This document shows, piece by piece, positions 36,701 through 46,059 of a DNA stretch of 64,000 bases. Made by a program: the position numbers and the translations under genes. This DNA comes from a virus (taxonomy: Duplodnaviria; Caudoviricetes). The stretch is taken from IMG/VR virus record IMGVR_UViG_3300031998_000057, positions 1 through 64,000 of that record. One strand, given 5' to 3'. The stretch's first letter is position 1, and each line of letters opens with the position of its first letter. The notes below the pieces were generated by a model, which saw nothing but the letters and a program-made list of their open reading frames with translations, was not told the DNA's origin and did no database searches.

Positions 36701-38191
36701 AAGTTCGGCTTCGTTCAGGAGACCGTCTTGCGCCGCCTGTGCGAGCGCTGCGATTGCCTCCATCGGGTCAACGATTGTTCCCGTTGCCTTTGCCGCTTTT
36801 ACCGCGTCTTCGGCATAAGTCAGCATTACCTTGTCCAAAGCGTCGATGCTTTCCGAAGTCACTTCAAGCCCGTCGTCAAGCTCGCCCGTCTCACCGACAA
36901 GGTTCATAATAATAGCGCGTAACGCCGTCGCGGCCTTTGTCGCGCTTTGGCCCGTCGAGGCGACGATGGTGGAAATAGCCGCCATCGTCTGTTCCGCACT
37001 CATGCCGACCTGTGCCGCCGTCGCGCCGACGATAGGAAGGCCCTCTGCGATATCGGACAGGGAGACGGCGTAGCTGTTGTTCAGCTTGTCAGCCTCGTCT
37101 ACAATAGCGGACAGAGCTTTTACATCGCCGCCGAGCTTCCACGCCGCATTTGCGGAAATAAGGAATTGCGAAGCGACCTCCGCCGTTGTATCGCCGACGA
37201 GCATGGTCTTGGTTGCCAACTCTGCCATTGCCGTCGCGCTGTCACCAAGCCCCGCCTTTTGGAACGTGTAAACGGCTTTCAGATACTCGTCAGCCGCAAT
37301 GCCGTATTTGGACGCGGTATCATAGGCCGCGTCGCCGATTTGTTTGATTTCCACCGCCGTCAGGTCGCTTACCTTTTGGATGTTGATAAGCTCCTGATCC
37401 ACGGCTTTCATTGTTTCAAGGGCTTCGCGGAACGAGCGAATTACAGACGCCACCGCCGCATTTATCACTTGCCATGCTATGATTTTTGCAATGATGCGGT
37501 CAAGTGAGTCTCCAAGCAGCGTGTTTTTCTTTGCGGCAAGCTCCGCTGCGTCAGCCTGTTTTTTCATCTGCTCGGAGTTCTCACGGGTGACGGTCGATAC
37601 TTCTACCGTTTCCCCTTTAAGTTTTGCCGTAACTGTCGTTACGTTTCCGAGGCTGTCCCTATATTTGTTGACCGCCTGCACAACCTGGCCGTCAACCATT
37701 TTTTCCTGCGTGTCGATAAGCTCACCGTAAGCGTCGTTCGCTGCTTTTGCGCGTACAGCGCTTGTGTGCATAGATTTCTCTTCGTCGGAAAGAACTTTTG
37801 CAAATTTTTCGGTAGACTGGATAACGGTTTTGTTCCCTTGCTCAGTTACCGTTACCATTTTGTTTACGTCATCGGTATACTGTTTTGCCGTTTTGGTTTC
37901 TGCGTCGCTGAACTCAGTAATGGTCTGCTTGGCAATGCGCATCCCGGCAGTGAGTTCATCAACTCTATCCGTCAAATCGTTTACCGCTTCAGCCGCACCG
38001 TCTTTTCCGCTGCTTTTTTGCAATACAGCGGACATTTCTTTTAGCGTCTGATTGACGGCATCTAACCCCGAAGCTTCGACTTTTATCTGTATCGGCTTTG
38101 AAAAAGCGCTTTCTATATTGTTTTTGAGCGTGTTGATCTGAGTTTCCGCCGTTTTGGTTTCGGCGATTACTTTCAGTTGGATCTTAGCCAT
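33749..38191 (-). CDS. tail tape measure protein
   Basis: 1480 aa, Ala-rich helical with hydrophobic central segment. Confidence 0.9.
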   Translation of the reverse strand: MAKIQLKVIAETKTAETQINTLKNNIESAFSKPIQIKVEASGLDAVNQTLKEMSAVLQKSSGKDGAAEAVNDLTDRVDELTAGMRIAKQTITEFSDAETKTAKQYTDDVNKMVTVTEQGNKTVIQSTEKFAKVLSDEEKSMHTSAVRAKAANDAYGELIDTQEKMVDGQVVQAVNKYRDSLGNVTTVTAKLKGETVEVSTVTRENSEQMKKQADAAELAAKKNTLLGDSLDRIIAKIIAWQVINAAVASVIRSFREALETMKAVDQELINIQKVSDLTAVEIKQIGDAAYDTASKYGIAADEYLKAVYTFQKAGLGDSATAMAELATKTMLVGDTTAEVASQFLISANAAWKLGGDVKALSAIVDEADKLNNSYAVSLSDIAEGLPIVGATAAQVGMSAEQTMAAISTIVASTGQSATKAATALRAIIMNLVGETGELDDGLEVTSESIDALDKVMLTYAEDAVKAAKATGTIVDPMEAIAALAQAAQDGLLNEAELFEVLSGLGGKLRTTQLTALVNNMDMYQSMLADTANAAGTADKEIGTMLDSWNAKTQILQNTWTQLISHIVDTDLFKTAVDVLTEVLKILDNDFGRTTITVLAFSGAIAALITNIPKLAATIMGGGLIKGISALITAIGSATTATEVFSAVWAASPFLVISVAIGTVYALTAAINGVYHALGNKTVDEHLEKMSAAVSEYENATSELDKLNQKIETNNRLIEESNKAGGDDAYQTRLESENEALKDQIFLLRQRQKSNAFEAATEAIGVVNGTYSFDYGMGMSPALMGLEAYYNAIKGNEEYADSFNDLTNNLIRARDALYLYKDLNGALTAEQQDALSLLISLVGARKSEEKALKEQSDTTDDLNAAITTQVALYTELKAKLDPLNAAMTELTEQGYMTEKTMQALIEKYPELANSIVVTKDGFVLNTKAITDNVSALWAEYAAINGNAAAASFVQILALNSESTAWAANTAEIKKNLTARIAALEAESVLSVRTKGGTALGINVEADEELTRLKALLAALNSAPEPIETETVSSSGTGESKTDEKLEALKETVALEKQRLAYMEASGASAEEQAEQMRVIQDALHDEAEYLRAIEGESKNVVALSTEWWNYQSKIEKSAEETAKALREDIAATMKDIGDALSEQADAATAPLKAQLEALQTARDLRKEETDEAEKLLAVEKARIALENAQNERPVRHYNAATGRWEWTSNAQTVEKAREDLQKAQAGLDEFYADAAYKKAAAEIEKQIENTEQAFKSFKSVWDDMTEAVKKGEKTLAEAFAVIESAMLIYGAEGGVNLSNAYALAAGGISSAGLSGASANGLTERMKANSAAWHSADGETRKRLEDENLLLGTAMGWHRSDGTWYDANGRPVYDGGGILSGRGGLKATGAAEMILPPNVTERMLRAEETGAFNALLRHMGIVTAAAEQASALEGGSTRIGIGTQHNGNVYQFGSITLNEQQARGMTVYDLAQMAGTLALHGG

Positions 38192-38207
38192 TTCTCAGTC
38201 TCACCCC

Positions 38208-38801
38208 TCAATAAGTTCCGTCGTTCGGTTCTCTTATGATGCTCCCGTCCGCTTCAAGCTCAAGCGTCGGAGCCATAAGCGTCATAGCGCGTTCAAACAT
38301 TTCCGCAGCTTCTCCCTCATCGACCATTTCATCCACGAAATTCTGCCAAAACGGACGTTCCGGCACGGAGTTGTTTCCCCATGTATAGGGTGGGCTTTTG
38401 TGCTCGATCCTGCCGATCAGCTCATTCCCGTCCGCTGTGTGCCATTTGGAAACGGTATGCTCGCCCGTCGGGATGAAATGAAACTGCGTCATTGCTCCAA
38501 CGCCCTGCGGCTCGACCGACGCCTGTGTGTCCGAAAAGCCGACGTTCGTTTTCATGTCAGAAAGCGGAGCACCCATTCCACTGTGTTCGCTTCTGCGCTT
38601 ATAGACCTTTGGTTTATAAACCGAGGCCGCGTAAACGTCGCGCTCGATGTGCCGTTTCAAGGCTTCCTGCATTTCCGTGTTGACCTGTTCCAAGGCTTTC
38701 TTCATAGACATGGCAAGCAGCGCCTTAAATCCGCGAAATTCCGCGTCCAGGCTGTCCTGACCCGTGACTTCAAAATCAAGTTGGATATCCACGCCGCTCA
38801 C
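38208..38801 (-). CDS. putative tail completion protein
   Basis: Position; P.RPFW motif. Confidence 0.55.
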   Translation of the reverse strand: MSGVDIQLDFEVTGQDSLDAEFRGFKALLAMSMKKALEQVNTEMQEALKRHIERDVYAASVYKPKVYKRRSEHSGMGAPLSDMKTNVGFSDTQASVEPQGVGAMTQFHFIPTGEHTVSKWHTADGNELIGRIEHKSPPYTWGNNSVPERPFWQNFVDEMVDEGEAAEMFERAMTLMAPTLELEADGSIIREPNDGTY

Positions 38802-38894
38802 CTCCCATACACCAGCCCGCAAACACGAGCTTGCGGGTTCGTGTATGCCCCCGTCCGATTTTCGGACGGGGGCGGTTCACGTTTCGTTTGCCTG

Positions 38895-40016
38895 TCAGGT
38901 CGAAGACACTTCAACGTCGATGGTGTCCTGATAGGTGGCGTCGCCCACCGCGTAAGAGACGGTGATCTGAGTCGATCCCGTTCCGGCGGCTGCGATCAGG
39001 CCGGTAGCCGCGCCGACGGTGGCGATGGAAGTGCTTGCGGACTCATAGGTGAAGTCGCTGGCGGGGACGCTGTAGGACAGCTTGCCGCCCACGATCACGG
39101 CGGGGTCGAGCTGGAAGGTCTCGCCCGTCTTGAGGCTCACAGTTCCGCCCACAATGCCGATGATACCGTCGATGCCGCTACTCGCGTCGCAGGGGACGAT
39201 CACGCGGTACATGAGGGGAGAGCCAGGAGCGCCGCACTCGCCGCAGTCACCCGCGACGGTCTGCGCGTCAAAGGTGATCGCCCTGCCGCTGATTCCCGTC
39301 GTGGTATACGCCGTCTGCGAGCCGCTGTTGGAAGCGCCGTCCGGCATGAGCTGGAGCGCCGGGATGATCTCGTGCAGCCAGCCGTACATATCGCCGCTCT
39401 TGGTGGCGGGATCGTAGTTGACGTAGATAGGGCGGGAGAGGACGAAGCGCACGACCTTGCCCTTCATGTTGGTGGTATAGGTGGTGATGGTGGCGTTCGC
39501 CTGCGAGACGTAGTAATACACGAGGTATTCCTTGCCGCTCGCCGCGACGAAGCCCGCGATGTCGCCCGTGGTGGGATCGATCTCGTAGGCCGTGCCGCCC
39601 ACCGCGACGGGGCTGCCCGCGCCGACCTCCTGCACATAGGCGACAGGCGTTTTCATGCCGGGTCCGGCGACGGGAGTGCCGCCGTCCGTACCGACCGAAA
39701 TGCTCGTGCCGCTCGCGGTGATCTTCTTGCAGGTCATGGCGGGAGCGCCGGGAACGACGCCCGCGCCTGCGGATGCCGCTTTGACGAACTCACTGTAATC
39801 AGCCGCCGTCACGTTCACGCCGATGTTCGGGTCGGTCTCGGTGATGATGACGGGGCCGTTGCCGATACCGGCGTTCAGCACGTTGTCGGACGCCGCAATG
39901 GTGATGTTGCCCTCCTGCATCTTGTCAGACCAATAGAGGATATCACCCGTTACGGGGTCGGTCATATAGCCCGTGCCGACGCCCATAACGTAAAGTCTGG
40001 GATCTGTGAAAAGCAT
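38895..40016 (-). CDS. major tail protein with C-terminal Ig-like (Big_2) domain
   Basis: 373 aa; TYESASTSIATV..TGLI.A..G...IT. Confidence 0.7.
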   Translation of the reverse strand: MLFTDPRLYVMGVGTGYMTDPVTGDILYWSDKMQEGNITIAASDNVLNAGIGNGPVIITETDPNIGVNVTAADYSEFVKAASAGAGVVPGAPAMTCKKITASGTSISVGTDGGTPVAGPGMKTPVAYVQEVGAGSPVAVGGTAYEIDPTTGDIAGFVAASGKEYLVYYYVSQANATITTYTTNMKGKVVRFVLSRPIYVNYDPATKSGDMYGWLHEIIPALQLMPDGASNSGSQTAYTTTGISGRAITFDAQTVAGDCGECGAPGSPLMYRVIVPCDASSGIDGIIGIVGGTVSLKTGETFQLDPAVIVGGKLSYSVPASDFTYESASTSIATVGAATGLIAAAGTGSTQITVSYAVGDATYQDTIDVEVSST

Positions 40017-40037
40017 TTGTTTTCACTCCTTTTGTTT

Positions 40038-40874
40038 TCAAAGATTTTTGCTTTCCTGAATAAGCTGTTTGACCGCAGACGGCATTTGTTTCTGTTCGCT
40101 GTCGAGCGGTCTCATCAGTCCGTCCCCGCCCTGCATCCGCTTAAAAAACGGGTGTGGGGCGGGATTTCCGTTTTTCCACGTCGCGCCGCTCAATTCTCCG
40201 ATGCCGCACACGAGATAGCTTAATACCCTCCTGTACGACTCTGCGCGTTTTTCAAGCTTCAGGATCGGCCATTCGTCGATCTTCGCCTCGTCCGTGCCGG
40301 ACAGCGCGGCGACCGCGCAGATCAGGTCGTCCTCGTCTCCTTCGAGCTGAATACCGCCCGAAGCCATATCCTTCTGAGCCTGCACGATATCGGGGTTCGC
40401 CTTGTCGCTTTCAAGCCGTACTCCGTTCTGCGCGGCAATGATGCGGCGCAGGGTCTGGAATTGAGCGGGCGCAATCTCCTTCGATGTTCCGCTCTCGTCC
40501 GTGAAGTGCAGGCGCAAAAGCTTTTCCGGCTGTTCGCGGTCAAACTCGATGCGAAACATCCTTATGCGTTCCTCCGCGGGTTCCCCCGCTCCAAGCCGCA
40601 GAGCGAGGGCAAGCGCGAGAAGGGCGCGTAAGAAAAGTCCCGCAGCGGGCGTTCCGCTCATCGCCGCGTCGTAATCCATCCTGTACATAGCCGCCAGCAG
40701 AGGCATACGGAGCAAGGCCACAGGGAAGCTTTGCTGCAAGACCTCGATTGCCGGACGCGCAAGGGCAAAATCACGGTATTCCTTCACCAGTACGGGATAG
40801 AGCGTCAGCCCGTTCGTTGTGATCGGCTGATATTTCCGGGCCGCTTGATATATCGCAATCGGAAGTTCGTTCAA
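40038..40874 (-). CDS. putative tail assembly protein
   Basis: Position. Confidence 0.5.
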   Translation of the reverse strand: MNELPIAIYQAARKYQPITTNGLTLYPVLVKEYRDFALARPAIEVLQQSFPVALLRMPLLAAMYRMDYDAAMSGTPAAGLFLRALLALALALRLGAGEPAEERIRMFRIEFDREQPEKLLRLHFTDESGTSKEIAPAQFQTLRRIIAAQNGVRLESDKANPDIVQAQKDMASGGIQLEGDEDDLICAVAALSGTDEAKIDEWPILKLEKRAESYRRVLSYLVCGIGELSGATWKNGNPAPHPFFKRMQGGDGLMRPLDSEQKQMPSAVKQLIQESKNL

Positions 40875-40905
40875 TGTGTCGTTCTCCTTCCGTTTTTGCC
40901 TTAAC

Positions 40906-41610
40906 TCAGTATGCAGTGCCGCTGCTTACCACGCCGCCGCCTCCCTCGCTCCAGGAGGTCGAAAAATACACCATGCGGCCAACCATGTCGGCGTCCGTGT
41001 AAAGCACCTCCGAGCCGTTAAAGCTGCTTTCCTGCCGAGAAAAGCGGCAGCAGCCGACGCCCGCGATGTCCACGCCCGCAAGCGCCTCGCGGAGGCACTG
41101 CTCAATATCGAAAACGCGGTCATAGGCGCTCGTGCGGGTATTGGTGACGAAGTTCACGTTCGACCATATCTCCGCCTGCAAGCCGATGACCGTACGGAAA
41201 TCCGTCGGGTCGATGACGCGCCCCACATACACCTTGAGCATCGTCTTCGCGTCTAAAACGCTCTGCCCGATGTTCCGCTGGGCGAAAATGCGGTAGCCCT
41301 TCGGATGCTTCGCCTTGTCCTCGTCGGTGTTGATGTCGGGGCGATCCCCGTCAAAAAGCATCGAAAGCTTCTGCTCCGGCGTCGGCAGCGGGCCGTCGAG
41401 CGGGCGCGGGCCGTCGTTCCACAGATAGCGCATCAGCCGCGCCCTCGGATTGTCGTTGCTTTGGAAGGGGACGTGGCCCTTTGCGTCAGGCAGATCGAGG
41501 AGATACAGGAGGATCTTCTGCGGGATCAGCTCAGCGCCCTTTATCGTATTCGCCGCAATGATCTTTTTGTACGGATAGAAGGGGTTCTCAGTTTCCGCCA
41601 TCCGCCTCAC
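40906..41610 (-). CDS. putative tail terminator / structural protein
   Basis: Position. Confidence 0.5.
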   Translation of the reverse strand: MRRMAETENPFYPYKKIIAANTIKGAELIPQKILLYLLDLPDAKGHVPFQSNDNPRARLMRYLWNDGPRPLDGPLPTPEQKLSMLFDGDRPDINTDEDKAKHPKGYRIFAQRNIGQSVLDAKTMLKVYVGRVIDPTDFRTVIGLQAEIWSNVNFVTNTRTSAYDRVFDIEQCLREALAGVDIAGVGCCRFSRQESSFNGSEVLYTDADMVGRMVYFSTSWSEGGGGVVSSGTAY

Positions 41611-42133
41611 TCCTTTTGTCAGCGAGCGTTTTCAGTTCGTTCAGCAGCGCGGGAAGCTCCTTCATCTGCGACGCGGTAAGCTGGCTCTGCCGGATCACGG
41701 CGTCGTTCTGCACGGTGAGCAGCCCCGCGAGCTGCGCGGAGAGCTTCTTTTCCAACTCACGGAAATCACTCAGAAGGTCGAAGCATTTGTCGCGCACCGC
41801 CGAGTCGTGCTTCAAACGCTCAAGCTGATTGAAAACATGGCTTCCCGCCCACAGATCGTAGGCGGCCACGCTCATCATGTCGGCGTCCCTTTCGTCCCTT
41901 TTGACTTCCTGCCCCATGTAGAAGGCGGCGAACGCCGTCATAAGCAAGCGGCGTTTCAGCCCGTCGTTCACCATGTACATGGGCGGCAGCTCCTCGTCTC
42001 CGAAGCTGATGGCGAGACGGTCAAAGCATTTCCCCGCGCCGTCCGCGGCAAAGCGCTCCTTGTCCTCAAGCGGCATATAGTCCCTTGCCGCTTCGATCAT
42101 TTCCCTTGTGATCGTGATTTTGCTGTCGTTCAT
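41588..42133 (-). CDS. hypothetical structural-region protein
   Basis: RBS plus ATG. Confidence 0.55.
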   Translation of the reverse strand: MNDSKITITREMIEAARDYMPLEDKERFAADGAGKCFDRLAISFGDEELPPMYMVNDGLKRRLLMTAFAAFYMGQEVKRDERDADMMSVAAYDLWAGSHVFNQLERLKHDSAVRDKCFDLLSDFRELEKKLSAQLAGLLTVQNDAVIRQSQLTASQMKELPALLNELKTLADKRSEADGGN

Positions 42134-42191
42134 GCGTCTTTTACTCCTTTCGGTATCTCCGCACGAAAATACGGCCTCTCTCCCTTGGCGG

Positions 42192-42515
42192 TCAGCCGTT
42201 TACTTTCTTTTCAAGGTTCTCGTAAAAAGCTTTCACGTCGCCGTTCCCGCCGCGTGACATATATTCCCTGCCCGCGATCAGGCGCTCCGACATCGGCATA
42301 TCGCTGTCCATCACGGTCAGCCGCAGGAGGGACAGATATTGCAGATCGTTGTGGGCGGAAAGCTTGTCCACCTTGCCCTCGATGTTGTCCAACCGCACCT
42401 GTATGCCGCTTTTCTTCTGCGCCCTGCGCTGCACCCACGCGATAACGGCGTTGACGAGCGCAAGGAGCAGGGACGTTGCGGACGTGATAATGGCGATCAC
42501 AACGCCGTCACTCAT
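42192..42515 (-). CDS. holin-like membrane protein
   Basis: N-terminal TM helix; GGNG motif. Confidence 0.6.
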   Translation of the reverse strand: MSDGVVIAIITSATSLLLALVNAVIAWVQRRAQKKSGIQVRLDNIEGKVDKLSAHNDLQYLSLLRLTVMDSDMPMSERLIAGREYMSRGGNGDVKAFYENLEKKVNG

Positions 42516-42717
42516 GCAGCTTCGCCTCTTCCCGGTAGTATTTGCTTGAGCTTACCTCCAGCGTGGCCGCGAGCAGCGTCGTCAGCGCCACGATGGTGTC
42601 GTTGACCTGTGAGCCGTAGGCAAGCCCCCATATCTTCGCCACGGCGAGATAAAACAGGCCGAGCGCGGGAAGCCAGCGCTGGATTTTGCTGAGAATGTCA
42701 TAAAGGCTGTTCGTCAT
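42508..42717 (-). CDS. phage holin
   Basis: YDILSKIQRWLPALG..two TM helices. Confidence 0.75.
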   Translation of the reverse strand: MTNSLYDILSKIQRWLPALGLFYLAVAKIWGLAYGSQVNDTIVALTTLLAATLEVSSSKYYREEAKLHE

Positions 42718-42719
42718 CT

Positions 42720-43442
42720 TCACGGGTCTTTGTCCCCTTTCCTGTTGTTGTCGCTGCCGTTGCCGTTCTTCCGTGCGCTCCGGCAGGCCATGATTGCCGC
42801 CTGATAGCGCGGGATAAGCTGCATCGGCGTTTCTCCGTCCGTAATGCCGAGCGCTTCTGCCTCGGCTATTTCTGCCGCCGCCCACGCGGGCGCTTTCAGC
42901 GAAGCCGCGTACCGCTGCGCCTTTTCCACGAGCGCGTAAGCCTCCGCGTCGGTCAGCTTGTCCAAAAGCTCCTGAACTGTCATTTCATCCTCGCTTTTCT
43001 CGGAAAACGGACGCAGAAATACGAGCGTTTCCGTTATCCTGCGTGTCCGCCGCATGACCTCGCCGCCGTCGCTGTTGTTCCCGACAGCGGTGTTGCCCTC
43101 GATCACCGTCATGCTCTTGCCTTTTACGCTTTCCACGATGCCTGTGTGTCCGTAAGCGTAAACGACGATATCCCCCGTCTGCGGCTCTTTCACGACGGCC
43201 TGCGGCTGATTGGCTTTGTACCAGCTTACAAGCGCCGAGCAGCTTGCGGTTTTGTAAGGCAGCGGCGTCCCTGCACGGTCGAAGCACCACTGCACGAAAG
43301 CCATGCACCACGGGAATTTCGTACCCCACAGCCCGTCGTATACCGCCTGCCCGTAAAACCAGGTGTTGTATTTTACGTTGTTGCTGTTCTGAGGGTTTTC
43401 CCGCGTCCCGATTTCCGCAGCGGCGATCTTAACGACCGTCAT
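42720..43442 (-). CDS. CHAP-domain endolysin
   Basis: PWCMAFVQW..HTGIVE..IEGNT. Confidence 0.88.
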   Translation of the reverse strand: MTVVKIAAAEIGTRENPQNSNNVKYNTWFYGQAVYDGLWGTKFPWCMAFVQWCFDRAGTPLPYKTASCSALVSWYKANQPQAVVKEPQTGDIVVYAYGHTGIVESVKGKSMTVIEGNTAVGNNSDGGEVMRRTRRITETLVFLRPFSEKSEDEMTVQELLDKLTDAEAYALVEKAQRYAASLKAPAWAAAEIAEAEALGITDGETPMQLIPRYQAAIMACRSARKNGNGSDNNRKGDKDP

Positions 43443-43624
43443 AAGCTCTCCTCCTCCGGCAGCACGTCCACCGGCTCGTCGGTCTCCTCATAGGTATACC
43501 GACACGGCAGCACGTCCACCGCGTCGTCGTACACGCGCCCGGTCTCGGTCTGCCGGATTTTATACCCCGCGTCGCTCCAGTGCCGGATGCGGGTGTTGTT
43601 GTCAACATATTCTGATACGATCAT
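43439..43624 (-). CDS. small hypothetical protein
   Basis: YKIRQTETG..YDDAVD. Confidence 0.6.
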   Translation of the reverse strand: MIVSEYVDNNTRIRHWSDAGYKIRQTETGRVYDDAVDVLPCRYTYEETDEPVDVLPEEESL

Positions 43625-43639
43625 GGTTGTGGCCTCCTC

Positions 43640-44380
43640 TCAGGTCGGAAGCGGATGGTGGATGATGGTGAGGGTGCAGGGGATATTGATTAGCGATGCG
43701 CTTAGTGTTACAGATCCAAACAGGCAACGCGCTGATTGCAAAAAGCTTCCATCCGAATAATCGTAAAAATACGAGTCCGCTGCATAATATGACGGATTTG
43801 TAATTGGAATTTCTTCCATTCCGCCGTCACTGGTTCCGTCAATGACAATCGCATAATCTGCGATTGCTCGCACATACATTTTACCGAGTGTGCTGGCAAC
43901 AGGGTCTGTTTGGTTCTCCGCATACGCAGTAATAGAGCCATCAAGAATGCCTGCTTTTATTTCGGCAAACCGATTGCCCCACGGATTTGAGAGCGTTCCA
44001 TTGATCGTTTCCACGGTCACGCCGCTTCCGCCGGAGTACGACCCGGCAACTCCGAAGATACTCACGCCGTCCTTGATATTCCCAGCGATAAGATTTGCGT
44101 CGCCCTTGATGGTCTGCGCCCCAGCAAGCCATTGATTTGCGGCGATCACCTGATCCGTCGTCGTCGGTGTGTAAGTCTGCGCGGCTTTCGTCGGCGACGG
44201 CTGCACAGCCACCGTCCCGCTGACGGCACTCAGCCCGTCATAGCCCGCGTCGGGGGTAAATGAAAACTGCCCGTTCTGCGTGATCGACAGGCCGGTTTTG
44301 TCCTGAAGACGGACCGAGCCGCCTCCGCCCGCCTTCTGCCCCATTGCATAAGATACGGGATCAAACGCCATCAGACTCAC
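43640..44380 (-). CDS. virion appendage-like protein with AT-rich C-terminal module
   Basis: LQDK..TPD.GYDGLS.V..; TIKGDANL.A.NIK.GV.IFGV.G. Confidence 0.6.
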   Translation of the reverse strand: MSLMAFDPVSYAMGQKAGGGGSVRLQDKTGLSITQNGQFSFTPDAGYDGLSAVSGTVAVQPSPTKAAQTYTPTTTDQVIAANQWLAGAQTIKGDANLIAGNIKDGVSIFGVAGSYSGGSGVTVETINGTLSNPWGNRFAEIKAGILDGSITAYAENQTDPVASTLGKMYVRAIADYAIVIDGTSDGGMEEIPITNPSYYAADSYFYDYSDGSFLQSARCLFGSVTLSASLINIPCTLTIIHHPLPT

Positions 44381-44540
44381 CGCCCCATTCCTGCCACGTT
44401 TCGGTCTCCGCGTCGTAGAAGTAGAGCGCGGAAGCGTCCATTTCGATGAATACAGACCCGTTCTGGACGTACTGCGTGGGTTTCTCGTCCGTTGTCAGCC
44501 CGTAATAGGTGGGCGGCGTCGTTCCGACAAAAGTAACCAT
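44361..44540 (-). CDS. small protein (59 aa)
   Basis: MVTFVGTTPPTYYGLTTDEKPT..NGSVFIEMD; GGAGG RBS; different frame from the ORF-track call. Confidence 0.6.
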   Translation of the reverse strand: MVTFVGTTPPTYYGLTTDEKPTQYVQNGSVFIEMDASALYFYDAETETWQEWGGESDGV

Positions 44541-44543
44541 TGT

Positions 44544-44738
44544 TTACTCCTCCTCTTTTATGTCTCGCAGCGGGCATTTGAGCGCCTGTTCCTTGAGCTT
44601 GTAGCTCCCGGAAACCGCGCAAAAATACTGATGCCCGCAAAAGTCCCATTTCGCTCCGCGTTCCAGCTCTACGCGGCAGTGGAAAGCGCCCTGCTTCATA
44701 AAAGCGTAGGGGCAGCTCCCCTGCTTTACTCCCGCCAT
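44544..44738 (-). CDS. small Cys-rich protein
   Basis: C..C..C.HQ.FC..C. Confidence 0.55.
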   Translation of the reverse strand: MAGVKQGSCPYAFMKQGAFHCRVELERGAKWDFCGHQYFCAVSGSYKLKEQALKCPLRDIKEEE

Positions 44739-44739
44739 A

Positions 44740-46059
44740 TCAAACGCCCTCCAGCACGATCTCCGCGCTCGCGGAATATCCGCCGTACTCCGCAGTGATC
44801 CGCAGCAAGGCCGCACTGTAGCCGCAGCACGTCACGGTCACGGCGTTGCCGTCCGTTTCAGCAGAATACGCGCTTGCGTCCGCTCCGTCTAAGGAGAACG
44901 CCACGGCCTCGCCCGTTTCCTCTCCGTCCTCGAAATATGCCGCCTCAAGCGTCGTGCTTTCGTAGGGCGAAAGGCGCTTTTGCGGCTCTTTCGTAAAGAA
45001 AACGCCGTCCTCGCTTCCCGTAACGGCCACGGGGAAAGCCCCGCTGTAAGCGCCGTTCTGCGCGAGTGTCGCGGTTATCACAGCGCTTCCCTCCGCGATT
45101 GCCGTCACAAGGCCGTTTTCGTCCACCGTGACAACGCTTTCGTCCGAGCTTGCGTAGACATAGCTCACGGGCTTGTCTGCGTCCTGTTCAACGGTTTGCC
45201 CGTTCCTGACGGACGTTACGGAAAGCTGCTGCGACGCGCCGAGCCTCATGCTTTGCTGACCCGAAATGTTCACAGTCCACGAGAAGAGCTTGCCGCCCGC
45301 AACGTGATTTTCCATATCGTCTATTACGTCGTTCGCGTCCTCATACCTCGCCGTGAAGCTGAGAAGCCGCACCGTGGAATAATCGCCCGTAAACTCCGTC
45401 TCAAAATCGGAATAGCCCGTAATGCGGTAGGCAGCGCTTCCGAGGATCATGCGCGTATTCGTGTCGATCTGCCGCGTCTCTTCGTTGTACTGGCAGATGA
45501 TGTTGAAATAGCCCTTGGTGATAAGCTGGCTGTTCTGCGCGTCGCTGTCGTTTGCGTTCGCCCGCTCGTTCTCCGCAATGATCGGTTCGGAAATCACGTT
45601 CCCGTACCAATCCAGGTGGTTCCATACCGCGTTGCAGCGGCGGCAGAGGCCGCTTCCGCTCGCGCCGGACACGTTCTGCGGGTTCAGGACGAGCCAAATG
45701 CTTCCCATCGTGTCGATCTTCGTTCCGGGGCGTACATACTCGATCTTCGGGCTTTCAAACAAAAACTGCTTGTAATCGTCAAAATGCCTTTGGATCGCCG
45801 CCGAGGGGCGCACAACGTCGGCAAAGCGCAGGCGGTAATTCCCCCATGCCTTTCCGTCGCTTCCAAGCCCTTCGACCCGCGCCTCAAGGAAATCCGAGGC
45901 ATACCGCGCCGTCATTTTGGTAAAGGCGCGGGTCTCAGGGTCGAAAAACTGCCGCTGCCTGTCCGCGTACTGCGTCGGATTGTTGGTCTGCACGGGCCGC
46001 ACGGCGATCCCGCCCATCAGCGCCGCCGTCTTCACGTTCTGACTCAGTGATGCGCTCAT
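44740..46059 (-). CDS. head-tail connector-region protein with Ig-like domain
   Basis: SSDESVVTVDENGLVTA (Big_2). Confidence 0.6.
   Translation of the reverse strand: MSASLSQNVKTAALMGGIAVRPVQTNNPTQYADRQRQFFDPETRAFTKMTARYASDFLEARVEGLGSDGKAWGNYRLRFADVVRPSAAIQRHFDDYKQFLFESPKIEYVRPGTKIDTMGSIWLVLNPQNVSGASGSGLCRRCNAVWNHLDWYGNVISEPIIAENERANANDSDAQNSQLITKGYFNIICQYNEETRQIDTNTRMILGSAAYRITGYSDFETEFTGDYSTVRLLSFTARYEDANDVIDDMENHVAGGKLFSWTVNISGQQSMRLGASQQLSVTSVRNGQTVEQDADKPVSYVYASSDESVVTVDENGLVTAIAEGSAVITATLAQNGAYSGAFPVAVTGSEDGVFFTKEPQKRLSPYESTTLEAAYFEDGEETGEAVAFSLDGADASAYSAETDGNAVTVTCCGYSAALLRITAEYGGYSASAEIVLEGV

Noticed and set aside
33692-36922. Long antisense ORFs (also 38154-40223, 47574-49745, 24062-25948, 18163-19515 and many shorter ones)
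   Set aside because: Shadows of GC-rich genes on the opposite strand; no RBS or recognisable motifs
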